Below are positions 1 through 10,289 of a stretch of DNA of 28,023 bases, piece after piece. Every line of letters starts with the position of its first letter. The first letter of the stretch is position 1. Under the pieces are notes generated by a model that worked only from the letters and a program-made list of their open reading frames with translations, was not told the origin of the DNA and ran no database searches. The translations under genes and the position numbers were made by a program. The DNA is from Octopus sinensis (Eukaryota): positions 1-28,023 of the forward strand of contig NW_021827508.1 in the NCBI RefSeq assembly GCF_006345805.1, in the 5' to 3' direction.

Positions 1-110
1 ACAGAATACAAATATTCATAATAATATTTACTTTGAAACATGCATACACAAATATTTCACCTGACATACAGACAGACAGAAGGAATATACGACTGCATTA
101 AGAACTACAG

Positions 111-150
<40 letters not shown>

Positions 151-151
151 A

Positions 152-201
<50 letters not shown>
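111..201. repeat. (TAC)n microsatellite
   Basis: Near-perfect TAC array; explains the poly-Tyr ORF 40..282. Confidence 0.97.
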
Positions 202-677
202 ATTTTGTTGTTTGAGAAGTCAATCTTGTTTGAAAATAGAACAACTTGGATTAAATACGTCGAAGTGTTAAACGTTTATTAAGGGTGGTCCCTGTTAATG
301 AAAATACTCAGGGTTAACGAGAATGTTCAATGGAACCCCCACCCCCACGTAAGTCATAGATATATTAATAAAAAAAAACTCCTATCAAGATTAACACGGT
401 TGTTTAAAATTAACTGATTAAGATTAACAAATATGTTTAAGATGAGCAAAAAAGGACAAACGATGTGTCAGAATTCCTTAGCAATATGAACAACGATGCT
501 GGTATTGATATTTTATGAAATGCGTCTATGTCAACCTTGGCAGATAATTTATCAATGTCTTAGTACATGTAGGAATAAAGATATATTCGTTAACTGCAAT
601 AACGGCTTAGTTCCTCTGCTAGATTCGAGTAATCTTTGGCCTTTCACCCTATACTCACCGTTACATTGTGTAACTAT

Positions 678-919
678 CTTTTACTTGTTTCAGTCATTTG
701 ACTGCGGCCATGCTGGAGCACCGCCTTTAGTCGAGCAAATCAACCCCACGACTTATTCTTTGTAAGCCTAGTACTTATTCTATCGGGCTCTTTTGCCGAA
801 CCGCTAAGTTACAGGGACGCAAACACACCACCATCGGTTGTTTAAGCGATGTTGGGGGAGGGGGACAACACACACACACAACATATACACACACATGCAT
901 ATACATATATATACATACA

Positions 920-991
<72 letters not shown>

Positions 992-1137
992 GTATACGAC
1001 GGGTTTCTTTCAGTTTCCGTCTACCAAATCCACTTACAAGGCTTTGGTCGACCCGAGGCTATAGTAGAAGACACTTGCCCAAGGTGCCACGCAGTGGGAA
1101 TGAACGCGGAACCATGTGGTTGGTAAGCAAGCTACTT
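678..1137 (-). mobile_element. tRNA-derived composite SINE (family B): head + CORE-like domain + internal (TA)/(TG) microsatellite + central domain + LINE-derived tail
   Basis: Minus strand reads tRNA-like head (5' end clipped), CCTTGGGCAAGTGTCTT (MIR/CORE-like), a microsatellite at about 868-990, then GATAGAATAAGTAC...GGGGTTGATTTGCTCGACT and tail CCAGCATGGCCGCAGTCAAATGACTGAAACAAGTAAAAG. Homologous copies lie at 11798-12152, 21672-21851, 6453-6556 and 15497-15700. Confidence 0.9.
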
Positions 1138-1389
1138 TATTTCATTTTATTTGCCATAAAGGTTGTATACAGAGTAGCTGCGGGCTGGAAAACACATTAA
1201 TGAATGAAAATGAAATAAAATGAATAAATGAGAGACGTTAAGGGTACACGCGTATGTGGAGTGCTCAGCCACTTGCACATTAATTTCACGATCGTATCAG
1301 CTGGGACCTTCGTCGTCGCAACCGACGGAGTACTCCTTCTTCTATAGAATAACATAAATGAAACATTAAACAATATTGAAATACCGCCA

Positions 1390-1604
1390 GGTGGCGAGCT
1401 GGCAGAATCGTTAGTAGGCGAGGCAAATGCTTAGCGGCATTTCGTCCGTCCTTACATTCTGAGTTCGAATTCCGCCGAGGTCGCCTTTGCTTTTCATCTT
1501 TCGAAATCGATAAAATAAGTACCAGTTAAACACTGGGGTGGATGTAGTCGACTTACCCCTCCCCATGAGATTGCTGGCCTTGTGCCAAAATTTGAAATCA
1601 GTAT

Positions 1605-1605
<1 letters not shown>
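1390..1605 (+). mobile_element. tRNA-derived SINE (family A), full length
   Basis: A-box-like TGGCAGAATCGTTAG, B-box GTTCGAATTCC (1463-1473), central GCCTTTGCTTTTCATCTTTCGAAATCGATAAAATAAGTACCAG domain and tail GGCCTTGTGCCAAAATTTGAAA. Fragments recur at 2173-2289 and 16228-16345. Confidence 0.88.
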
Positions 1606-1667
<62 letters not shown>

Positions 1668-1800
1668 AGTTCAGCAAAAGTTTAAATTCAGAAGAATATG
1701 GTACTTAAGTTAAAGGCACCAGAATTTGGTATGGTATTATCCATATAAATCAAATGGGATGATTATAATCAAAATAAGCAACAAGGATATCCAAAGGTAG

Positions 1801-1888
1801 TGTAGTACGATTGTTTCATGCTACTTCATTTAATTAAACAATGTAAGTATTACATCAGTTTTAAAATGTAGAGCACTCTTCAGCCACA
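1801..1888 (-). ncRNA. Candidate type I hammerhead ribozyme with enlarged stem II
   Basis: Minus strand: stem I UGUGG/CUACA, core CUGAAGA (1883-1877), stem II GUGCU/AGCAU enclosing about 50 nt with an internal AUGUAA/UUACAU hairpin, GAAA (1817-1814), stem III AC-AAUC-GU, cleavage triplet GUA. Confidence 0.55.
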
Positions 1889-2027
1889 TATAGAATTTTT
1901 AAAATTAAATTGACAATGTTCATTGTTTTTATACTTATTCCATTTGCCAACATTACAAAGAGGGTAGGTATACAGACAGAGAGGTGAATTTCATCAATGA
2001 AAACATGGTAGTAGAAGATCTTAACTC

Positions 2028-2075
2028 ATGGGCAGATTTTTTATTACTCATAAAAGAGTGATAAAAAATCTGCCC

Positions 2076-2077
<2 letters not shown>
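2028..2077. repeat. 22-bp near-perfect hairpin (6-nt loop) abutting a (TA)n tract
   Basis: ATGGGCAGATTTTTTATTACTC / GAGTGATAAAAAATCTGCCCAT; all positions pair, one as G-T. Confidence 0.9.
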
Positions 2078-2108
<31 letters not shown>

Positions 2109-2172
2109 ATGTATAAAATTTTATACAGTACTAGGGCTCTTAAGGCCAGCTATACGGTTTTCAGGATGGAAA

Positions 2173-2289
2173 GTCAGCAGATTTGAGGAGGGGCAGGGGG
2201 ACATGTCGGTTACATCGCCACCAGTATTTTCCTGGTACTTTATTTTATTGATCACGAAAGGTAAAGTTGAACTCGGTGGGATTTGAACT
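2173..2289 (-). mobile_element. SINE family A fragment
   Basis: Reverse complement matches the B-box-to-central part of the 1390-1605 element (GTTCAAATCCCACCGAG...AATAAAATAAAGTACCAG...). Confidence 0.75.
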
Positions 2290-3350
2290 TGTAAAGTACC
2301 TAAATATTACACATTTAGTTATAATATTACATATTTAGTTATGATACATTCACATAGACGTAAATGAATTGGGAAAAACTTGGTAAAAGCGACATTATTT
2401 CAGATACAGCATTTGACACGACTAAAATATATTTTTGACAAAAAGAAAGACTGTTGGAGTCTGTTGTGAATATTATATAATAAAAGACCAACTTATTCGC
2501 TCTTTTGTAATGTAAGAGTACAAAAGAGCGATTATAGAACAAAGACGAGTTAACATTATAAGTAACGAATGTGAGACAAAGAAAGAAAAGACAGGAAACT
2601 GTATAGAGGAAGCGGAATCTATGAAAAATGGTAAATCCCTTAAAGCCAAATGAAAAATCTAACAACACAATATCATTGATGTGTGACAAAATCTGGCAAG
2701 ACGAAGCAGAACGGAAGTAGATTCAACAATAGTTTAGAAAGCTGTGGGATTCTAAGATAAAGGTGAAGAATTGCAGGTCGCTGGAGTTTATTTTCTGTTA
2801 TAAGATTAGTTTTATTCAAAAATGTATCGTTTAACATTTTGTTGTTAATATTTACATATTAACATTGATCTGTGAAAATATAGCTTTGTTGAATAACACT
2901 TATTTCATTCTGTCTACCTGTATTGAATACCGCTTAATTGTATAAACTAATTTGTAAACATTTTTATATATTTCGTGCTTTAAATAAAGATAGACCAGAA
3001 TTGGAAATAAACTAAGAACTGAGCTAAAGAAATATCGCTGTTTTAAAGTTAAACCACAGAAAATCTTTGACAATTGAGGTTCCCTTACATTCTGAAGTGA
3101 ATTCATGTTAGGGTCGGCTTTGACGTTCAAAAACGATAAATACCAGTAATTCGTTTGCAATAGAAGTATCCTGATATAATTACTGAGAAGGCCATGGCGA
3201 ACGATATAAAGCAAGAGGTAAGCGGGAATTGGTTTCCATTTAGCTTCACAAAAATCTCATTTCTCACCCGAAATTTTTGCAAGAAATGAAGAATGATGGG
3301 CGACGTTAGTCATGGCAAAAACAAAACGAAATCACGATGATGATGATTAC

Positions 3351-3441
3351 CACCACCACCGTCGCAACTACCACCACCACCACCACCACCACCACCACCA
3401 CCACCACCACAACCACCACCACTACCACCACCACCACCACC
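3351..3441. repeat. (CAC)n microsatellite
   Basis: Interrupted CAC array; source of the poly-His ORF 3312..3521. Confidence 0.95.
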
Positions 3442-4401
3442 TCTACCTGAACCACCGCAACTATAACAAATCTACGATGACAACGACGGCGACGGCATCT
3501 TCACCGCCTCTACCAATATAACCATCATGACCAAGACTTGAACAACAACAAGAAAAATAATAACTACAACTACAATAACAACAACAAGGGCAAGCGCCAA
3601 GAAAACAACAACAAGACCAGATCAGCAATAAGGAGGTTTCTAATAAACTGCTGCATCCCGCCCCATTTGTTTGTTAGGGTAGACTAAACAAAGAACGAAA
3701 ATGGAGGAAATATTAACAGTTAATCATGAAGCATGGCGCGAAACGGTGAATTAAAGAGTGGCGCTACGGTAGGTCAGAGGTGAAGGGAGACAAACCAATT
3801 TAAAGAGCACATTAAATAGATTGCTCTTTAATAATGGCGGGAACAACAACAACAAATCAACGATAATGGCGACAATAATGAAAACAACGAAGATGGCGAA
3901 GGTGACAGAAATAACTGGTGTTTCTTTAATTAATAATTAACAAAGAAAAACAAAAACAACAACAGCAATTAATAACAACACCAATAAACTATAAATAGAA
4001 TTTACAATTCGATCTACAAGTTGATTCTTTGTAATAATGTAAAGCAAAACTCACGGTGAGAGCGTTTCAAGGAAGTTTAAGTTCAAATAATCGATGTCGA
4101 ATGCAAGAAAGCGTCCCCTGCCTGGGTGCCGATACTTCCCCTACCCAACCTTATAGGTGTATTCATTAATTATTTCTTGAATAATTTAATACAAACTGTT
4201 ACTATAGAAATGTTCAACTGTATTCATCATAAAAAAGTTTTGTTTTTTTTTATGCGTAAAACGGCCTTTAACGGAAGAGTAGCAGGTGAGTAAAAAAAGG
4301 TAAAAAATAAAAACCCACCCCTGCTGGTTCCAGCGTTATTTTCTTGGTTGCGAAAAACTAGTATCGTCTTTTATATGTATGCCATGGCAAAGACCCATTC
4401 A

Positions 4402-4471
<70 letters not shown>

Positions 4472-4593
4472 GCACACACATACACACAAATATGATATCT
4501 GTACAACAGAAATGGCGCTGGGTGTAATAGTTAAAAAAGATTAGTAAACAAAAAAATTGGCACTTACGGTTTAACTGAACGTTTCTCTCACTT

Positions 4594-4640
<47 letters not shown>

Positions 4641-4840
4641 GTCTGTCTGTCTTCTGTCTGTTTGGTTGGCTGGCTCCCCCTCCCTTTCTCCCTCTGCGTT
4701 TGCATGATTGTGTGTTTGTGTACAAACCCGTATCAAATTATTAACGTAAGTGTACCAACAACAACCTTTCAACCTTTGCTATAAAAAAATATAAATAGAT
4801 GTAAAAGCACACACACACACATACACACACACACACACAC

Positions 4841-4880
<40 letters not shown>

Positions 4881-5036
4881 CACACACACGCAAGCACTCA
4901 CTCACATAAGCAAATACACAAAAATAAAAGACTACTAAAAGACACAGAGTTTTTTAGTGATTGAAGTTTACTCTCCCGCTACACTGGGTTTCACGTATCA
5001 CGCTCGTCGTCGAACGAGGAACTTAGCAGTAAGGAC

Positions 5037-5097
<61 letters not shown>

Positions 5098-5110
5098 ATA
5101 TATATATAAT
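4402..5110. repeat. Cluster of (CA)n, (CT)n, (CA)n and (TA)n microsatellites
   Basis: Arrays at about 4402-4488, 4598-4632, 4807-4890 and 5040-5110. Confidence 0.93.
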
Positions 5111-5307
5111 TTTAAATGATTGATAGGGAAGACAGTGTACTGTAAGCTTTGTTGCACGACGGTCGTATGTATGTATATATGATGTTTATTTTCTTAATTA
5201 TCGATTCGATAACTAATTGTAATTATATTTGCTTAGCCAAGTTTCTTCTATTGATATATCAGAGAAAAAAATGGCTGAAAGAATATCTATTAGATCTAGT
5301 ATAAACA

Positions 5308-5341
5308 TGTCCTCCTCCTCCTCTTTCTACTACTACTACTA

Positions 5342-5404
<63 letters not shown>

Positions 5405-5420
5405 GCTGCTCGCTGCTGCG

Positions 5421-5488
<68 letters not shown>
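5308..5488. repeat. Compound trinucleotide array (TCC)(TAC)(TGC)(TAC)
   Basis: Successive triplet arrays; explains the poly-T/A/L and poly-S ORFs. Confidence 0.95.
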
Positions 5489-5489
<1 letters not shown>

Positions 5490-6033
5490 GTGGCTGTTGC
5501 TTGTGGTAGTATCCAACGCATCGCTATGAGACACAGCGTCCTCAATAATTAGCCCTAAGCTAAGTTACTGTTAGTCTGTTGTGAAGGCACGGCTCAGTGA
5601 GTTACCCGCATCCCTCGCCAACCACCTAAAGCTGGCAAATATAATTTTTTTTTTGCTTTTATACGTAAATCTTTTTCATTTTTAGAAAGATTGATTGCTA
5701 GAATAGTTGTTTTTATTACGGTTCCATTGTTTGGTTTTACCATTTTTAGAATTTTCTTTTTCTTTGATGTTCTTTGTTTTTCTGTTTCATAATTTCAATT
5801 TTGGTCTTGTTTTTAAAATTTTGAAGAACTTTTTTTTTGTATCGCATTGCATCTCATTTTTATCTTTTATTTATTTGTCCCACCCCACCTCTTTTTACTG
5901 CGGTGGAAAAAAAAGAGAAGGGAAATACATTAACAAAAAAAAGGTTCCTTTTAGTTTTATTTTAAAGATTAATGGGAACTAATAAGAGGAGAGAATAGGG
6001 CGGTAAGGAAGTAGAGTTGCAGAGGAGACTCCC

Positions 6034-6074
<41 letters not shown>

Positions 6075-6391
6075 GAGAGAGAGGATAGAGAGAAAATGAG
6101 AGGAGGAGAGAGGGAGAGAGAAAGAGAGAGAGAGAGAAAATGAGAAGAGAACAGAGAGAGAAGATGAGAGGAGGAGAGAGGGAGACAGAAAGAGAGAGAG
6201 GAAAAGAGAGGCAGAAGGAGATAGAAAGTGGATGAGATAGAGAGATAGAGAGGAAGAGAGAAAAAGTGTGAGAGAAACAATGAAAGATAGATAGATAGCG
6301 AAAGCGAGAGGTAGAGAGACAGAGAGACAGAGAGAAAGAGAACGCAATGAGAATGTTTCTGGGTTAGAATTAGCGAGGAAGGGAAACAAGA

Positions 6392-6448
<57 letters not shown>
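6034..6448. repeat. GA-rich polypurine low-complexity tract
   Basis: About 415 bp of (GA)n and degenerate GA repeats. Confidence 0.92.
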
Positions 6449-6449
<1 letters not shown>

Positions 6450-6452
6450 ATA

Positions 6453-6556
6453 TCTGGTCGGTTCGAGGATATCCTAGAAGACACTTCCCAGTCAGTGGGA
6501 CTGAACCCTGAACAATGTGGTTGGGAAGTAAGCTTCTAACCACCCAACCACGTCTG
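6453..6556 (-). mobile_element. SINE family B, head fragment
   Basis: Matches the head of copies at 990-1137 and 12010-12152 (AGAAGACACTT...GTGGGACTGAACC...TGTGGTTGG). Confidence 0.75.
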
Positions 6557-6770
6557 TTCATAATTTAATGATACCGAAAACACATTTTCACAAATAATCA
6601 CAAATCGTTTTGTTTCATCTTTAATTTTGAATTAAACCATATACACACATATATGTATATGAATATGTGTGTGTGTGTACACACACACATACACACATAT
6701 ATATGTAACATAGTATAATTATAAACAGAGAAACTTATAGACATTTCTTTGCAGACTAAAAAAAAGTGAC

Positions 6771-6821
6771 GAACAGCCTTAATCGATTTTCGAACATTAT
6801 GGGCTTCTCATCAGAGGCGTC
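6771..6821 (-). ncRNA. Type I hammerhead ribozyme, copy A1
   Basis: Stem I GCCU/AGGC, CUGAUGA (6814-6808), stem II closed by G-C (GAA/UUC), GAAA (6791-6788), palindromic stem III AAUCGAUU, triplet UUA; predicted cut between 6780 and 6779. Confidence 0.8.
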
Positions 6822-7074
6822 TACAGCATTCTGAAAGTCTCCAGAGAAGCAAGCAGCCAAACTGTTTATATACTCAACACATTCAGTAGTTACTCTATGA
6901 AGGGGTCCTTAATTTGCATACCGAAAGTGTTTAACATTCTATAAATACCAGCCACCTGTCAACTGGGATCTTAGTTCACACAGTATCAAGGTATGGTGTA
7001 ATAAATATGTAACATAGGGGATAATTATAAACAGGGCAAATTTTAGCCATTTCTCCACAGGCTGAAAAAATGAT

Positions 7075-7125
7075 GAGCAACCGTAATCGATTTTCGGACC
7101 TTATTAGGTTCTCATCAGAGGTGTC
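7075..7125 (-). ncRNA. Type I hammerhead ribozyme, copy A2
   Basis: CUGAUGA (7118-7112), stem II GAACCU-AAUA-AGGUCC (5 of 6 paired), GAAA (7095-7092), AAUCGAUU, UUA. Stem I is ACCU/CGGU, with an A-U pair replacing G-C of A1 and the first pair mismatched. Predicted cut between 7084 and 7083. Confidence 0.75.
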
Positions 7126-7190
7126 TACATCATTCTGACAGTCTCCAGAGAAGCAAGCAGCCAAACTGTATATATATATATATATATATA

Positions 7191-8038
7191 CTAGAAGAAT
7201 TGCCCGGCGTTGCTCGGGGCTGAATTGCTTGAAAGTACTGTTAATGATTGCACTGAATTATGATGATTATTCAGGCAAATATTGATATAAGTTTACGGTG
7301 GGAGATAAGGACTTAACGACCAAACGTGTGCCATTGCATTGTTTTGGGGGAACCAAATTTCTGATGAGCATTATAGGGGCACCAACTTTAAGTTTGAGAA
7401 AGTGTGGTGGTAGTCCGGGGTGCTCAAAGGAATTGAGTACCTCTATTGGATAGTTGATGACGTCCTCTGGGTCAGGAGTTGTATCGATAGACTGATATAC
7501 ACAGACTTCCCCAGGAATGAGTTTAGCATTTCATCATTAATATGGTGAACAGTTTTATTCCTCGGGGCCAGTATAGCCTTTTTGCCAATCCAATCCATAT
7601 TCTGATAATTAGCTTGTAGATCTGGGAACACTGCATCTCTGAGAGATCAGAAGGCGTCTTAACAATGTTACAAATGGAATCGATGGCAATATTACCATTT
7701 TCATCCCCTGGTATTTTGCCTTCGCCAAGTGCAAGGAGAGTGTGAGGAAATGCTGCTGATGTGATATTACGTCGCATATGAGCACGCATATTGGTGTGAA
7801 GTTTGAGAGTTACTTCCCTTTATTAAAAAAAATATGCGTTAAAATGGAAAAAAATGATGGTAAATTATTTGTAAAATCATAGACTCATCGTAGACGCGCG
7901 TTAATACCCAGAAGGGCTCGATATGAATCACAACTATAAGATACCCGGTTTTGGTTAAACTGCATCGCAAAATGTGGGAGTAGTTAGGAATCTAAATCGG
8001 AGTAGACAGACACACAACCTTTCTTTTATATATAAATA
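7191..8038 (-). mobile_element. Non-autonomous Helitron carrying an internal helicase fragment
   Basis: Minus-strand 3' end is hairpin CCCGAGCAACGCCGGG followed by CTAG|T. The 5' end is A|TATTTATATATAAAAG (TC in the 22566-22963 copy). 7803-8038 is nearly identical to 22725-22963. Confidence 0.85.
7288..7803 (-). pseudogene. Helitron PIF1-like helicase fragment (2 frameshifts)
   Basis: Joined frames: LHTNMRAH...LLALGEGK...FPDLQANYQNMDWIGKKAILAPRNKTVHHIN...IPGEVCVYQSIDT...NYPIEVLNSFEHPGLPPHFLKLKVGAPIMLIRNLVPPKQCNGTRLVVKSL, typical of RepHel/PIF1 helicases. Confidence 0.9.
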
Positions 8039-8148
8039 TTTTCGTCCTAAAAACTTTGTATGGATTGAATGGTTACCTCTATGGAAATATATACACGCAC
8101 ATTATACATACATGTGTGTATAGATGAATATATAAATACATTTAAATA

Positions 8149-8752
8149 TCTATATACACTTTTGGGCGATCTTTCTGTTTCTTAGAGATAACTTTATCCC
8201 GTTCGATTTGCTCCAAAATTTACAGGGACATGTAGAATGAGGTGACGATGCTCGTGGGCTACCTTAGAAATCCCTATCTTAAAAGGTGTGGTTGCTAGGG
8301 GCCATCTTCCTCACTCACCCTATTTCCTCCAGTACCCTTTCACTCCTCTTCATTTGACAAGCCACTACGGTTATTTAATGTAAAGTCTTCCTCAAATCAC
8401 TCTCTCGCTATTTACTCTCTTCCAAGAACATTTTCACTCACTCTTATCTCTTAGCGTCCCATACATTTTACTCATGTATCTATCAGCGTCATAGTCAGAA
8501 ACAAATATTACATCGCCATCGCCATCGCCATCGCATTCTACTGTCTACTTGTCAACACACACACAGTGAATTACTTTCATTTTATTCGTTGCACACTGTG
8601 TGTGTGCGTGTGCGTGTGCTGTAGACCACACTAAGAGAAGCATTTGACGCATACACCACAATGTGAGTTTTCTCTAAATTTTGCTAATTGGGGTTGAAAT
8701 TTTAAAAAGTGGACCTGGCAAAACCCGATGCATTCTACTCTTAAAATGCTAG
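8149..8752 (+). mobile_element. Possible second non-autonomous Helitron-like element
   Basis: Bounded by A|TCTATATAC and CTAG|T with a Helitron-like 5' layout. No convincing GC-rich subterminal hairpin and no second copy in the window. Confidence 0.3.
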
Positions 8753-8832
8753 TAAATGGTAATTGAAGAAATCCTATATTGTAGATTTCTATAAGATACA
8801 AAGGGAGGCAGATAAAATCTGCCTTTATAATA

Positions 8833-8941
8833 AGATATATATATATATATATGATATATATATATATTATATATATATAATTATAATATAATATAAAAAT
8901 AAAATAATAATAATAATAATAATAATAATGATGATGATGAC

Positions 8942-9034
<93 letters not shown>

Positions 9035-9057
9035 TAATAATAATAATGATTATAATA
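8833..9057. repeat. (TA)n/(TAA)n/(TGA)n compound microsatellite
   Basis: Directly visible arrays. Confidence 0.95.
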
Positions 9058-9069
9058 ATTTCTTAAGTA

Positions 9070-9516
9070 ACTAGAAAGATATGCGGTCCAAATGACATCA
9101 GGACAGTATTCAGAAGTAATACAACTCTTCGCAAATATCTTCTCCAAGTATAACCACCAATAGAAGAGAATGTGACCAAAAATTGCGTGTAGTCCATCCC
9201 ATGCAGTTGTGGTAAATTATACAAAGGCGAAACATGCCACCCCCTTAAAATAAGGGTAGAAGAACATCGTAAAGCTGTGACACGAGGAGATATTGAAAAA
9301 TCGGGTATAGCCGATCATGCATGGAAAAACGGAGACCACATCTCCTTGTGGGATGAAGTGAAAATAATAGACAGCGGACACCTCTGGAAAATACGAAAAT
9401 TAAAAGAGGCAGCACATATGCTTGGACATAATAACCTGCTGAGCAGACCTGGTGCAGATATGAATGTAATATGGGAACCAGTATTAAGAAAAAAAGATAA
9501 AATATTAGGTTTATAA
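9070..9516 (+). pseudogene. Penelope-like element C-terminal GIY-YIG endonuclease remnant
   Basis: Single frame with two stops (9151, 9190): DIRTVFRSNTTLRKYLLQV*PP...NCV*SIPCSCGKLYKGET...RVEEHRKAV...KSGIADHAW...WDEVKIID...RKLKEAAHM. Confidence 0.85.
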
Positions 9517-10289
9517 GCCCCAAAATTCACTGGATGAGGAGGGCGACTTAAAGACATTTGAGAAATTTGTTCTACCTAACTTCATTCTAAAGTAATACCG
9601 GAGTTTTCCGAAAATCCGTCCAGTGCTGTTAAATGGAAAATTCTATTTTATAAAACTAATTTTTGGCTTAAATAACCGCCCACCTATAATAAGCGATCAT
9701 GGGCGGTAATATTGAAGTAAAATGTTTCACTTACAAAAAACAAAGATATTCTCAAAAGCCATATTTATTTTGTACTATTCCATCGAACTTCTATCGTTTC
9801 AGTTATCAGATACATAGACTTAAAAGAAGTAGCATATTAAAAAATATTCTGAAGTTAACAATGGATCTATTAGGAAATATTGAAAATTAAACTGTTGGAA
9901 ACATGAATAGCAGCCTCATACGAACAAATAACGTCTTTGGGCATTTATGGTAGAATAATAACCGAATGGTTTCAAATTAAATATCACGAAATTCATTTGT
10001 TGCTTCGCTAATTTCACTTACTTGTATCTCATCTTCTTTTTCAGTTTTACCATTATGTGCATCTGGTGCATTTATCTTAAGGCCCGAAAAACATCATTTT
10101 ATTGTATCAAGTTACAGATAATTATGCAATTTGATACAATAAAGTATTCTCCGAGGATCCGTTGCGCGTTTGAGCATTTAAATGCTCTTGCAGTACCTTC
10201 GGCTAGGCTCCAAACAATCATGTTCGTGAAACACGCGTAGGAACTTTTATATAAACCTCGGTTTATTCTAATTATTGAGGTATTGTACA

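Larger units (their letters stand above)
6700..7169 (-). mobile_element. About 1.5 tandem copies of a 304-bp unit carrying hammerhead ribozymes (retrozyme-like or PLE pLTR-like)
   Basis: 6700-6866 is repeated at 7004-7169, with 8 mismatches in the 85 bp spanning the ribozyme core and more divergence leftwards. Each copy contains a type I hammerhead on the minus strand. Confidence 0.75.

Noticed and set aside
1390-1475. tRNA gene at A/B boxes (also 12080-12152)
   Set aside because: No cloverleaf, and the sequence continues into SINE body; these are SINE heads.
2440-2650. Semi-open reading frame (IKDQLIRSFVM*EYKRAII...)
   Set aside because: It has stops and no recognisable motif; cannot be supported as an exon or transposase.
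3800-3831. 10-bp inverted repeat TTAAAGAGCA/TGCTCTTTAA
   Set aside because: Short, AT-rich and single; compatible with chance.
4286-4291. Strong splice donor CAG|GTGAGT
   Set aside because: No matching acceptor or open exon found upstream.
6912-6947. Octamer ATTTGCAT plus TATAAATA inside the 304-nt monomer
   Set aside because: The TATA is oriented antisense to the ribozymes, and such short motifs are expected by chance in AT-rich DNA.
7361-7367. CTGATGA on plus strand
   Set aside because: It lies within helicase codons on the minus strand and has no stem II or stem I pairing.
9525-9570. CTGGATGAGG...GAGAAA just after the GIY-YIG remnant
   Set aside because: The position suits a PLE hammerhead, but the core has an insertion and the stems cannot be formed.
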